Sequence record: CP113993.1
Length of the DNA: 64,000 bases
Reading direction: 5' to 3' (one strand)
Source of the DNA: a plasmid
The notes beneath the pieces were generated by a model, which was not told the origin of the DNA, did not search any database, and saw only the letters and a program-made list of their open reading frames with translations. This document shows, piece by piece, positions 20,852 through 32,039 of this stretch. The position numbers were made by a program, and so were the translations under genes. Each line of letters starts with the position of its first letter. Position 1 is the stretch's first letter.

Positions 20852-21321
20852 TTCGTACCTGGCAGGGCTGATTGTATCTGGTAGTGGTTATTGATCTTTT
20901 TGCCCGTAATGTGGTGGGCCGGTCGATGAAACCAACACTCTCACGCGAGCTGGCGCTGGATACACTGCTGATGGCGGTCTGGCGGCGTAAGCCGCAGAAA
21001 ACGTCATTGTGCACAACGTAAGGCAGTCAGTATGGTAGTGATGACCGGCAACGGTCTTACCGGGCCAATAATCTGGCACCGGGCATGAGCCATCATGGTA
21101 ACTGCTGGGATACTCATTCTAATATACTTTTAAATACCCGATCGGACTGGCCCGTGCTGGGATTGGCTCAGATGCTTTTGTACTGACCTGTCGTCCAATT
21201 CTGGTATTTCCCTGCTATATCCGGGCACAGCGTTTGTGACCTGACAGAAACTTTGTGCTGCATCCCGAGAGTCCTGTTCTGGAATAGGGATGGTTGTGCT
21301 ACCAGTAATTTGGAGGTAAAC

Positions 21322-21600
21322 CATGCAAAATGACGTTCAATCTTCTGAAATCGTTATTCTGGGGGTAGATACCCATCTTGATATTCATGTTGGTGCTGTT
21401 AGCAGCCTGACAGGAAAGTTGCTGGATACTCACGTTATTCAAACCAATCAAAATGAATAACTGGACCTGCTTGATTGGGCCCGATCTTTTGGGACTCTTG
21501 AACAAGCAGGCATCGAAGGAGCGGAACCGATGGTACTGCACTGACACGCCTTCTCATTAAGAATGGCCTTAACATTGCTTAAGTTAACCGGGCAGACTGG
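21322..21600 (+). pseudogene. IS110-family transposase N-terminal fragment (frameshifted and truncated).
   Basis: MQNDVQSSEIVILGVDTHLDIHVGAVSSLTGKLLDTHVIQTN... resembles the IS110-family N-terminus (hLGIDhhKD.H..A). Downstream fragments read ...GTDGTALTRLLIKNGLNIA.VNRAD.... Confidence 0.5.
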
Positions 21601-22240
21601 CAGGTCACAAGATGGATATCGTATTTCAGGATGTTGCTCTGGATAAAAATATCTTTCAGATCTACGGCATCAACTAAGCCAAGCAGTTTACTCTAAATTT
21701 AACTGACCAGCATACAATTAAATATGCTTACTTCAAACAATATCGTTAGCACTATTAAAAACTGGATTATTCTCTGTGCTGATTTCATTTTCGAAATACC
21801 ATTTTAAAACCAAATATTTTTTGATAGCTGTACTATATAATTTTACAGGAGTGATAGATTTATTATGAATAAAGGTTGTTAGATATGTAAAGTCATAATT
21901 TACGACGACGTTTCAGCTGAGGTCTTATTAGTTCTTACTAAGAAAAACACCCCCATGTTATTTTGATCAAGATCACAATTAATAATATACAACATTGACC
22001 TGACATATTGCATAAAATTAGAGTAATGACAATCCATTGTTAATGGTATATTTATATATAAAGTTCAGAATGTACTGATGAACAATCAAACACACAAAAA
22101 AGATTGCTAATAAAAAGATTGACCATACGAAAATTCCAAAAACTTACTTACACTGAAACCACAAGGAGATTGTACTAAATCATATAAAAGAGTATTTTTT
22201 GAATCTAAAAGTTTATTTGTTAACAACAAGGGATTATTTT

Positions 22241-22528
22241 ATGATAGTTATTAGCGAGCTAGATTGTTCATATATTAATGGTGCTGGTGGCGGGGTGAGC
22301 GAAGCTTTACATGGCGTAGCTCATGCTGTTGAAGGAGCCGCACATGTATATAATGCAGCAACTGGAGATAATGTAGGTGAAGGACTAGGTGGAAGGTGGG
22401 GGAGTGGAGGTGCAAGTGATTATTGTACAAAATATGCCACTCAAACAGATGATATGGATAAACAAATGTATGATAATTGTATGAAAAATCCTACTCGCTT
22501 TGGTTATAAAGATCCAGGTCCATGGTGA
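22241..22528 (+). CDS. Double-glycine-leader Gly/Ala-rich peptide precursor of 95 aa with two C-terminal Cys residues (class IIa microcin-like, MccV/MccL style). No exporter or immunity gene lies next to it.
   Basis: The leader MIVISELDCSYINGAGGG aligns with the leader of the 13975 protein (TSMELD-LIAGSG versus ISELDCSYINGAG). Both then continue G.G..EAL..VA.A....AH. The mature part is ...NAATGDNVGEGLGGRWGSGGASDYCTKYATQTDDMDKQMYDNCMKNP..., with two Cys that could form a disulfide as in MccV. An AAGGGA Shine-Dalgarno lies 7 nt upstream. The ORF track starts earlier, at TTG 22199. Confidence 0.55.
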   Translation: MIVISELDCSYINGAGGGVSEALHGVAHAVEGAAHVYNAATGDNVGEGLGGRWGSGGASDYCTKYATQTDDMDKQMYDNCMKNPTRFGYKDPGPW

Positions 22529-22602
22529 TAGTTTTAGGTTTATTATAGCCGAATGTGTTATTTAACAGTAACGGAAGCTTAAAAAGCCCGTTCAGCTGCG
22601 AT

Positions 22603-22640
22603 GCCAATTCATTTGTTTGAATTGGCATTTTTTATTCACA
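22603..22640 (+). terminator. Rho-independent terminator after the microcin-like gene.
   Basis: Stem gccaattca / tgaattggc with loop tttgtt, followed by attttttatt. Confidence 0.5.
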
Positions 22641-23229
22641 CTGTTTATTAAGAGTTTAAATAAATCATAGTTTACGGTATCTCATACAGTCTGTGAATAT
22701 TCAATTGATAGACAGTTAAAACAACGCACTTATCATCAATCTAAATGAAAAAAAGCAAAGTGACAGGTACTACTTGCTCCCGCCACATTACATGTATTAC
22801 TTAAAATTGAAACAATCAGGAAATTAGATAAATGAATTATTATTCATCAATATGAAGTTTATCTTAATAAACAGATATCTAGATATGAGATAGTTGATCT
22901 CTTTATAGGGAGCGCAGCGAGAATTGTACAATTATCTATTGGCAGCTATAATTACCAGATGGGCTAAACAATACCAATCATAGCGCCAATTCACAGATTT
23001 GAACGATATTTGATTGACCATGGTTCAGATTTAGTACAGTGCTAATAATATTTCCGCTGTATGTAGGTTCGTAACGATTTTATTGGCAATATAACCATCT
23101 CTTATTACTTACTCGATATTCCTGATAACTTGATCTGCATCTACTTTTTGTTAATTATACTTGTCATGATATGCAATGATCATAAGTCGTCACAGAAATA
23201 CTGTTGAGCAGACCTGGATTTCCATGTTC

Positions 23230-24279
23230 TTATTGATATGAGAATGTTATTGTTGATACAGCCTGTACGGTACCAGTCCGGATATCTCCTGTACGGATAT
23301 AATTAATTTTAAGGCTGGCCACAGGATTCAGTTCACCTCGGTATGAGGAAAATCGCCACTGATTTGTATTCCCTTTTACTGATGAATCAGGACCGAATCT
23401 TAAGGCTTCCGGGTTTCCGTCTTTGTATATCTTCAGACCAACTCCACTTGCTGTTGATGTTTTATCCAGCGAGAGCACCGGGCTCTGGTTTGCTGGCTCC
23501 GTTGCATCAGTCAGTGTCGCATAGACATCAATATTATCCTGACATTTTAACCGTAAATTAAGGTTTCCCCCGGTAATCTCTGAGCCAACTGAAGGAAACT
23601 GTTTTTTATAGACAGCAGCTAACTGAACGGTGTAGTTACTTTGTGAAAGGCTGCACGTTTTGGTTTTAACAAAGAAGTTAAAACCGTTCAGAATAATAAA
23701 CGACGTCCCCCCCAGACGGCTAACTCCACTGTTACTTGAAGTGACTGAAAAGTTTCCCACATGAACGGGGGGAACATTAACCCACCCGGGTGAAAGCCTG
23801 CCCAGTGCAATGATGCCAATCCTAATCGACGCCCCCATTCTCGGAACAAGATACCATCTGCCATTTGGAGGAATCACATCCATCAGGTTATTCCCCTTCA
23901 TCTTAACCCCTTCCCCGAATCCGCTTTCCTGACTGTCGGCTATGGTAAAAGTCACACCGATATTGGGAACGCCAATATCGTAAATGTCTTGTCCGTCATA
24001 CTGCCCAAGTACAGGGCGAGTTATTGTAGCCTGCCCCCTGAGATAATATGGCCAGCAGTAATCAAACAACACATTTTCACTGTAATAAGAACTTCTGCCA
24101 ATCTGTAATGGATAAGAAGAGGCATCAGCCGGCACGTCAAGATTATTGAACAGAATGTCCGGTCTTAAAATAAAATTTCTAGGGGTGTTATTACAGAAAC
24201 TGGCCGCTGCGACTTGCTTTGCCAGAAAAAGAAAAAAAAGCACAACAAAATAATGTGTTTTAACCTGTAAGTTCGTCAT
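23230..24279 (-). CDS. Fimbrial tip adhesin (two-domain, FimH-like position), 349 aa.
   Basis: It is the last gene of a chaperone-usher operon. It has a signal peptide (FLFLAKQVAAA) and a C-terminal pilin-like domain ending ...TITFSYQ. Confidence 0.55.
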   Translation of the reverse strand: MTNLQVKTHYFVVLFFLFLAKQVAAASFCNNTPRNFILRPDILFNNLDVPADASSYPLQIGRSSYYSENVLFDYCWPYYLRGQATITRPVLGQYDGQDIYDIGVPNIGVTFTIADSQESGFGEGVKMKGNNLMDVIPPNGRWYLVPRMGASIRIGIIALGRLSPGWVNVPPVHVGNFSVTSSNSGVSRLGGTSFIILNGFNFFVKTKTCSLSQSNYTVQLAAVYKKQFPSVGSEITGGNLNLRLKCQDNIDVYATLTDATEPANQSPVLSLDKTSTASGVGLKIYKDGNPEALRFGPDSSVKGNTNQWRFSSYRGELNPVASLKINYIRTGDIRTGTVQAVSTITFSYQ

Positions 24280-24435
24280 AATCGTCCTCTCTGTTTTTTC
24301 AGTTACGCTGTCGACTGATAATCATTTAGATACTTTTCATCTCAGCGCTCATCATTTTATTGCCCGGTACTCAAGTTTTTGTTACTGTTCAGGAAAATAT
24401 ATTAGGGCCACGTATTATTTAGGAATGTTAATAAT

Positions 24436-27018
24436 TTAGTGTCCCGAATACACTGTATGCTGTTTCTGAACAATAGTAGCATTTCTCTTTTCCGGTCTTA
24501 TACAGCGCACGGGTTGTATGGTAGCTACAGGATTATTCGCCTGATGTTTTGCAACAATGTGGTAAGAAAAGGTACAGTTATCGGTAATATAGCTTCCCCA
24601 TACTACCTTTATATTTCCTTTATCCTTCAGCCCACGGGCAAAAAGTCTTCCTCCCTGAACAACATACCCAACGGATTTCCCCTGAGTATCAAAAGCTTCC
24701 GATGCCATAGGAGGAGTACTTCCGTCTGACATTCGTATATCAAACAACACAGCTTCACCTGACTGCGTGGTGAAATTCACCAGCGTCGCACTGTTTGCCC
24801 GCGGAATAATTTCCTGTTCTGTCGCTGACAGCTCAACATTCAGCGGCAACGCTTCGGGATCGATACTGACCGCATTTTTTTCATAAGGTGTGACGGATGG
24901 CACAATACCGTTACCCCAACGATCAATACGGTTTCCTGGAGAATTATTAATCGTTGCCCCACGGGCACCTTCTGCATGAATAATCGCGAATGTATCACTC
25001 AGTTCGTTACTCAGGGTAAGCCCAAATGGATGGACCACCACAGCACCGGATACACCAAACGAAGACTGGCGATGATTGAGACTGTCATTACCAGCAGTTG
25101 CGGTTAAATAAGCATAAGGCGAACGGTAACCGGCACTGGCTGAATATCCGGTACCACCTTTTTCCATCGTGCTGGCAGAAAGGCCATATGAAAACTGATT
25201 GTCTTCCCCGGTGACACCACTGACCGAGGTTTGCAAACTGTTCCCGTCTCCTCTGCTGTAATTCAGCGTAGTGGATAACAGCGAACTCTGAGGGCTTTCG
25301 CCCAGTGGAACGGAGAAATTCGCATAAATACGACGATCATCGCGCAACTTGTCCGTGTCAAATGACCGGGAATAACCCACCTGATAGTTCAAACGCCGGT
25401 ATACGTTACTGTACCCTGCCTGATATTCGCTACGGGTCCCTTTGCGAGTCCAGTAGCTGTACGTTGTTCCCGTCAGGTAAAGATTACCCCAACCAGTTCC
25501 CAGCTCCTGGTTAACGGAAATCTGAAACTGATTTCTGGGACGCCAGAGCATTATATTTCCGGTCTGACTGTTCCCGGAATAATCTCCCCGGCTGGTCCAC
25601 ATGGCATCACGCAGATTATAGAAATCTTTCGACATATACCGGTAGGCAGCCAGTGTCAAACTGGTACTTATTGATGGCACCATAACACTGTAACTGGTGT
25701 GCAAGCTGTATCCTTTCCGTGTAATGTCATCACCGGGTAATATTGTCCTGGAAAATGTTACGTCAGTGGCTATAGCACCCAGTGGAGTATTAAATGCCAC
25801 ACCGGCCAGGCTGGCAGCATAACGGGGCGCTGTCGTCAGCCCGGTATTTACCGTAACATCATTCACTAACCCGTACTGCAGGGTCCCCTGAAAAACGATA
25901 TCATCCAAGGTATTGTCTGCATAACGGTATCGACCGGATGATATCTGATACCGGATATACCCGGGCCGGACAAGTTGCGCCACAGAAGCAAACGGGACGG
26001 TGAACAGGCGAGTCTGTCCATCTGCTTCTGTAATGATAACCGTCAGGTCTCCCCCATATCCGGAAGGATAGAGATCGCTGACAGTAAATGGCCCTGCCGG
26101 AACGGTTGTTTCATAAATGATATTACCATTCTGTCTGATGGTTACTTTTGCATTACTACTGGCTACCCCATGCACTACCGGCGCATAGCCTCTCAGGGAA
26201 CCCGGTAACATCCTGTCATCAGATGCCAGTTTCATGCCACGGAGGCTAATGTTCTCCATCAGCTCCCCTCCGGTACTGAAGTCCCCCGCCGTCAGCTGCC
26301 CTCTCAGTGCGGCCACATCATGCTGGATACTGGTTTCTGTACTTCGGTAACCACCGGCGGACCAGTTTCCCCTGTGCCGTAACGCAAATCCTTCTACATT
26401 CAGCCCTGCACGGATCCCCAAGTAAGTCTTATCTTCCTGTGTACCGGCTACCCGGTAACGGTAATTATTCAGGTTATAGTTAACAAACGCGGCAGGTACA
26501 CCCGTCTGCCACTGTGCCGGTGAAATATATCCTCGGGGACGGTGGATGAGCAGCGCCTGTGGGAGGTCGATATTCAGACGCAGTTCCGATGGTATAAACC
26601 GTGTTCTGGCTGCCGGTAAGGCAGAAGAAATATCAGTACAACCACTAATTTTTCTCATTACTTCTTTTTTTAGCACTTCTTCGTTCAAGTCCAGTAATGA
26701 TAACAGCTCAGGTGTCAGGCAAAGTACGGTCCGGTCCATGTCAACTGATGCCTGAAAATACAATACCGTTCTTCCTTTCCATTCTCCGTTAAGCCAGATA
26801 TCAGAATAGTATTCACCTGCCGGAACCGGCTCTCCATGACTGAATTTTTTCACATCAATGACACTTTCTCCGGGAATATGTTGTAAAAATGCCGGATTAA
26901 ATTCAGCGTCTGTTGCCGCCTGTATGTTACGGGCCATCAGGCCAAACAATATACTGAAATATAATAGTAGCGATGACCTGCCTGCCATTGTCCTTTGTGC
27001 CTGGCATTTCTTTTTCAC
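24436..27018 (-). CDS. Fimbrial outer-membrane usher (FimD/PapC family), 860 aa.
   Basis: Its size and sequence are typical of ushers, and it sits between the chaperone and adhesin genes. Confidence 0.85.
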   Translation of the reverse strand: MKKKCQAQRTMAGRSSLLLYFSILFGLMARNIQAATDAEFNPAFLQHIPGESVIDVKKFSHGEPVPAGEYYSDIWLNGEWKGRTVLYFQASVDMDRTVLCLTPELLSLLDLNEEVLKKEVMRKISGCTDISSALPAARTRFIPSELRLNIDLPQALLIHRPRGYISPAQWQTGVPAAFVNYNLNNYRYRVAGTQEDKTYLGIRAGLNVEGFALRHRGNWSAGGYRSTETSIQHDVAALRGQLTAGDFSTGGELMENISLRGMKLASDDRMLPGSLRGYAPVVHGVASSNAKVTIRQNGNIIYETTVPAGPFTVSDLYPSGYGGDLTVIITEADGQTRLFTVPFASVAQLVRPGYIRYQISSGRYRYADNTLDDIVFQGTLQYGLVNDVTVNTGLTTAPRYAASLAGVAFNTPLGAIATDVTFSRTILPGDDITRKGYSLHTSYSVMVPSISTSLTLAAYRYMSKDFYNLRDAMWTSRGDYSGNSQTGNIMLWRPRNQFQISVNQELGTGWGNLYLTGTTYSYWTRKGTRSEYQAGYSNVYRRLNYQVGYSRSFDTDKLRDDRRIYANFSVPLGESPQSSLLSTTLNYSRGDGNSLQTSVSGVTGEDNQFSYGLSASTMEKGGTGYSASAGYRSPYAYLTATAGNDSLNHRQSSFGVSGAVVVHPFGLTLSNELSDTFAIIHAEGARGATINNSPGNRIDRWGNGIVPSVTPYEKNAVSIDPEALPLNVELSATEQEIIPRANSATLVNFTTQSGEAVLFDIRMSDGSTPPMASEAFDTQGKSVGYVVQGGRLFARGLKDKGNIKVVWGSYITDNCTFSYHIVAKHQANNPVATIQPVRCIRPEKRNATIVQKQHTVYSGH

Positions 27019-27028
27019 TGTTCACCCT

Positions 27029-27760
27029 TTACTGAATTGATGACCTGCCTTCTTCATCACCACCATAATCATTAATGACAGTCCAGATGACACTGCTGCC
27101 CTGGGCATTTTTTCCCGGTGAGACAAATTCTTTGAAGGAATATGGTGAGACCATACCTGGATGACTGAATGACAACATATCCTGCCCGGTCTTCAGCAAA
27201 ATTTTTCGGTATGTAATGAAATAGGGCGTCTGGTTGTCGGCCCTGAGAAGAATCCGACCCTCTTTGTGTATCAGTGACCATTTGACCTGCCTGCGTGCAT
27301 CAGCCGGAGACTGACTTAATGTATCAGGCCGAAAAAAAAGCTTAATTCGGCTGCGGACAGCAAGCTGAAGATAATTTATATGACCGCCATCGGTTTCACT
27401 TTCTTCAGTTTCGGGTCTGGAAGGGATATCGAGTACATTCAGATAAAACACCGACTCCCTGTCCCGGGGGAGGGGTTCCCCGGTATACATAATCCTTAAA
27501 GTTTGCCCTGTGCCCGCCTCCACTCTGGAAACCGGGGGAGTGATAATAAAAGGAACTTTGACAGAATCAGGGGGACTGTATGCATTACCGGTATCAAGCC
27601 ATGCCTGAACTAACGACGGTGAGTTTTCTCCATTATGGAGCTGAACATTAATACTTTTTTTCTGCTCAGGATATATCACCCGTGTCCCCATAATAACAAC
27701 GCTGGCACTGGCAGAAAAAGATATCAATGCTGATATAATAAAAAGTATCAATCCGGGCAT
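27029..27760 (-). CDS. Periplasmic fimbrial chaperone (PapD/FimC family).
   Basis: From the internal start, MPGLILFIISALISFSASASVVIMGTRVIYPEQKKSINVQLHN... matches the PapD-like chaperone N-terminal motif. Confidence 0.8.
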   Translation of the reverse strand: MPGLILFIISALISFSASASVVIMGTRVIYPEQKKSINVQLHNGENSPSLVQAWLDTGNAYSPPDSVKVPFIITPPVSRVEAGTGQTLRIMYTGEPLPRDRESVFYLNVLDIPSRPETEESETDGGHINYLQLAVRSRIKLFFRPDTLSQSPADARRQVKWSLIHKEGRILLRADNQTPYFITYRKILLKTGQDMLSFSHPGMVSPYSFKEFVSPGKNAQGSSVIWTVINDYGGDEEGRSSIQ

Positions 27761-27812
27761 GATAACCTCGGTTAAGGCAAAAAACAGATCTCTGCATGAC
27801 GCACATAAATAA

Positions 27813-28349
27813 TTATTCGTATGCAATCGTGTAGTTCACAGTAGCAGCAACATCTCCGGCTGTTGCTGCCCCTGTTGCATAGTATCTCGCGTTGTAGCGC
27901 AACTTGATATCTGAAGTGTCAATTCGGGTCGCAACGGTATTCTGAGAGGCCACATCCTTACCCAATACAACAGGAGTGCTTCCATCCGCATTTAATAACT
28001 GGACCTGCACATTTTTTGCAGTACCGGTATTCGTCAGATTCCCGGTATTAAAATCTGTCGTGGCGTTTGGTTCAAAATAAGCTTTAACATTTTGGCCACC
28101 GGAAGAAGCCCCGGCATCACATCCATTTAGCTCAATAATAAACGGCGTTAATGCTGCAGTCTTGGCAGTAGTGTCCAGTAATGCTTTTGAAACCGCAGGT
28201 AATGTCACGGTCATATTTTTACTACCGGTAGTGACTGAGCAGGTCTGGTCCAGTATTTTACCCACAAAGTTAATTGTACCATCATAGGCCTGAACTCCGC
28301 CTGAAAACGCAAGGGACAGCATACCAGTTGCGACAAAAATATTTTTCAT
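27813..28349 (-). CDS. Major fimbrial subunit (FimA-like pilin), ~178 aa.
   Basis: MKNIFVATGMLSLAFSGGVQAYDGTINFVGKILDQTCSV... with a C-terminal ...NYTIAYE beta-strand motif. Confidence 0.8.
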   Translation of the reverse strand: MKNIFVATGMLSLAFSGGVQAYDGTINFVGKILDQTCSVTTGSKNMTVTLPAVSKALLDTTAKTAALTPFIIELNGCDAGASSGGQNVKAYFEPNATTDFNTGNLTNTGTAKNVQVQLLNADGSTPVVLGKDVASQNTVATRIDTSDIKLRYNARYYATGAATAGDVAATVNYTIAYE

Positions 28350-29511
28350 ACACCAGCTCCTCAATAACAGAATTAAGCAATGATGACATCATTATTGAAA
28401 TAAAATAGATAAGACCTTTATAAACAACCAGGAGTTATCTGACAGAAAGTATTATTGACTGCAACATAAAATTCAACGTGTTTATATCATTTGATTACCA
28501 TTTTATCAATAGACATAAGCTATCAATTATAACAATTCGATCGCCAGTATCGATTTCCTTCTATTGCCAATTTACTGCCATCCAACATTAAAAACCAATT
28601 AAAACAATACGTTAATCACTTAAACAATAAAAGACTAACTCAATAAAACACCGGTTTGACCGTGCTATAAACACTATTTTTAAACTGAGATCACCCACAT
28701 GAAAATAATAACTATGTTTATTTTATCAGACTCAACAGATCTTAAGTGATGGTACAAAAGTGGATTGTTATATAAGACAAACATGAAGAAGTTAAACTGA
28801 CAACCAGTCTGTCCTGCCTGATGTATCAAGGGTTGTATTGCGGAGTAATATATACTCTGTAAGGTGTAACCGTGACTCACTGAAAAATAATCCCACATAA
28901 TTATCATTAAATATAATTTATATTTTTAGGATTTATCTGTTAATCTCAGCAATGAAAGTCGTGTAAATTGTGCACTATTGCACCAGTAACTATTGGACTG
29001 GAATTATCGTTAATACATAAAAATAGCTTGATAACTTATCGGTGTAGTATAGGAGGTCGTTGGCGGAGAAGTCACTCAGAATTTAACTTATACCACCTGC
29101 TTTATTCACAGTAAACGGGACCTTTTTATCCCAGGATATCGCTGATGCGCTCAAGGTCACCATGCCCGGATATAAAAAATCAATCCAAGACAGAAAAAAG
29201 AAGACGAAGATCTGATAACGATGTAATTCTGGAAGCCACGATAGTATCAGGAAAAATAATTCATACAGAAAGTACTCTTATTCAGCAAATGAAAAATCGG
29301 GAAAAGGGAATCGTTTATCTGAAATTGCCACAGTGATATGAACCGTATGTCCGGAGAACGCTGAAAGTTAATAAAAATGTGACATACTGGTACTATGAAG
29401 AAGTTTGGCTTCATTACACGGTAGATGTAAATATTATTTTTTTATACATCTACTCAGGGGAGGATGTCTTTGACTCCATGGTCTGCTGTGCAAATGAAAT
29501 CACGGACACTT

Positions 29512-30347
29512 TATCTATTTGCGCGTAAGACCTCGCCCAATCGGGCGGGAACATAAGCGCGGTAACTGCGTAACATTTTTTTGACCTTCGTCAATAGAGC
29601 TTATATTTTTCAGCGTATTTTTTAAGCTCTGTGAAACGCGCCTGTAAATATCGGTTCTATCCAACACCCGTTCAGGTTGAGCTTTTGGCTCAAACGTTCG
29701 GGTGCGTGCGTTTTGTCTATAACAGCATTTTGCGCTGGCGCACTGACGCGTACTATAAGCGCCAGGAGAAAATCGGCTATACGCAAGCCAGCGCACGATT
29801 AACAGCGCTGAAAAAGGAGCCAGAATTTGCCTGGCTCAACGATGTTTCCAGCGTGCCGCTACAGCAGGCCCTGCGCCATCAACAGGCCGGATTCTCAAAC
29901 TTTTTCGCCGGACGGGCCAGATACCCGACATTCAAAAGCAAACGGTCATACACAGGCCGCTACGCTCACCGGTGCCGCGTTTAAATACCGCGATAGCAGG
30001 TTGTACATGGTAAAGAGCAAAGCGCCTTTAGACGTGCGCTGGAGCCGCCCGCTGCCGTCCGTGCCGTCTACCGTCACCGTGTCCAGAGATGCCGCCGGGC
30101 GGTACTTTGTTTCGTGCCTTTGCGGGGTTAAAAGATTTGTTCGTCACCGATACCGGATTCAGGTCCGGCTATCCCCGCCATACCGCTAAATACGCGGCTC
30201 GCCTGGCGCCACTCCAGCGCCGGTTAAGCAAAAAGGCTAAAGGCTCAAAGAACCGCGCCAGAGCCCGCTTAAAGGTGGCCCGGCTCCACGCGAAAATTGC
30301 CGATTGCCGCCAGGATGCCCTGCACAAGGCCACCCGCGAACTTGTCG
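29512..30347 (+). mobile_element. tnpB: IS200/IS605-family tnpB-only element remnant (copy 2), 3'-truncated. The tnpB is frameshifted at 29631-30347.
   Basis: MKRACKYRFYPTPVQVELLAQTFGCVRFVYNSIL...; ...LKDLFVTDTGFRSGYPRHTAKYAARLAPLQRRLSKKAKGSKNRARARLKVARLHAKIADCRQDALHKATRELV, where similarity stops. The left-end region 29512-29630 is homologous to 17690-17808. Confidence 0.6.
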
Positions 30348-31085
30348 TTCGGCCACCGGCGTCATGGCCGCAATCGTGGCACGTGAGTAACCCGCTTTCA
30401 GAAGTACCGTCCGGGTCAGCAATTGTTCTCTCGAACCAGTCGCGGGCGTTGCGGGCCCGGGCCAGCATACAGCACTGTACCGATCGCGCGCCGGCCAGCA
30501 AATCGCCGGGAAAACTGGCATCAAAACTGGCGTTATAGATGATGACATCCTGGTCCTGTACCGCAGTCCTGATCCGCGACGCCGGTTCATCCGGCGTGAA
30601 TTTATCACGTACCATCGCCGGCGTGATGCCGTGGGCAACCTGTGCCGCCGGCCTGGCTTTGAAAGTGTCAGGCGGACAAATCAGGGTATTCGGGAGGGGC
30701 ACGCCAGTATCACTGATGATGGCAGTCTCCGGCAGGGCATCCGATGCCGGACTGAGACAGGTGGATTCAGTATCCGGACAGACGCGCGACCGTGTCATGA
30801 CGTCGTGTTCTCCCTGTCCGTGCGCAGTCGCCAGACCGCCCCGCCGAACTCTGTTCCCCCGACGGTCTGTGTACAGGTTTCATCACAGACCGGCCACTTC
30901 TGTACCACCGCAAAATCCATATGACAGAGTGGGGTATCCCCGGGTTCACCGGGTGTTTCCAGCACAAGCCCGTCCGGAACGATCGGAGAGGACGTACCTG
31001 CCAGTCTGGCGGAGCGGCGCCAGAAACTCCGGATACAGCCTCCCTGCCTGAGTACGCAGAGAAGCACCTGCTCGCTGACACGCAT
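30348..31085 (-). pseudogene. DEDD-family 3'-5' exonuclease (DnaQ-like) gene, frameshifted and 3'-truncated at the junction with the tnpB remnant.
   Basis: The Exo II-like motif ...VIIYNASFDASFPG... and an N-terminal ...LVLETPGEPGDTP... segment lie in two frames. Meaningful sequence stops near 30400. Confidence 0.4.
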
Positions 31086-31086
31086 G

Positions 31087-31612
<526 letters not shown>

Positions 31613-32039
31613 GATAAGCCCTCATTAACATACCTATAATATGCCTATCAGTATAGATGAAAGACACACCTTGGTGATAGCCAGAAAAAGCATACCATTA
31701 ATTCGCCATAAGTTTTTTAATACGATTTTCCCTGCCGTGATGTTTTCTTATTGCGATAATTATCAGCCTGATAACACAGACAGTAAATTACCGGACGGCT
31801 GTTTTCGGGTGATCCGACTTTTTGCTTATTCGCGAATTTCCGGAAGTGTACTACGGACAGGGAATAAGAGAAGCGGTCTTTCTGGCCCCTGCACGCCGGA
31901 TCACGAATAAGGTATCAGACACTACATACAGAATGGCGGTCCGACTGATGGGGGCATATGTTGTGGTGAGAGGGCGCCGGGCGGAATTGCAGGGTTCGAA
32001 GATCCGTATAGCTTTTTTCGGATCTCAGCGGAAAAGAGA

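Larger units (their letters stand above)
17290..21160 (+). mobile_element. IS3-family (IS911-like) element remnant. It comprises the 3' end of orfA and orfB, with orfB interrupted by a nested IS200/605 tnpB remnant and a group II intron.
   Basis: OrfA tail ...ARTEILRLKA*LKRTEEERDILKKAARYFAREPD (17380-17470). OrfB ...KYRFINDHRKIWSLVTMCRVLRVPRAGFDVW...RLLELIRGSWSLSGEVYGYR (to 17660). It resumes as ...[16 protein letters not shown] (18545-18606) and then ...(I)[26 protein letters not shown]... (20852-), with a further frameshift/stop downstream. Confidence 0.6.

Noticed and set aside
22199-22240. The upstream TTG start given by the ORF track for the microcin-like gene
   Set aside because: The ATG at 22241 has a properly spaced AAGGGA SD and yields a canonical-length double-glycine leader. 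The TTG start would add 14 non-leader-like residues.
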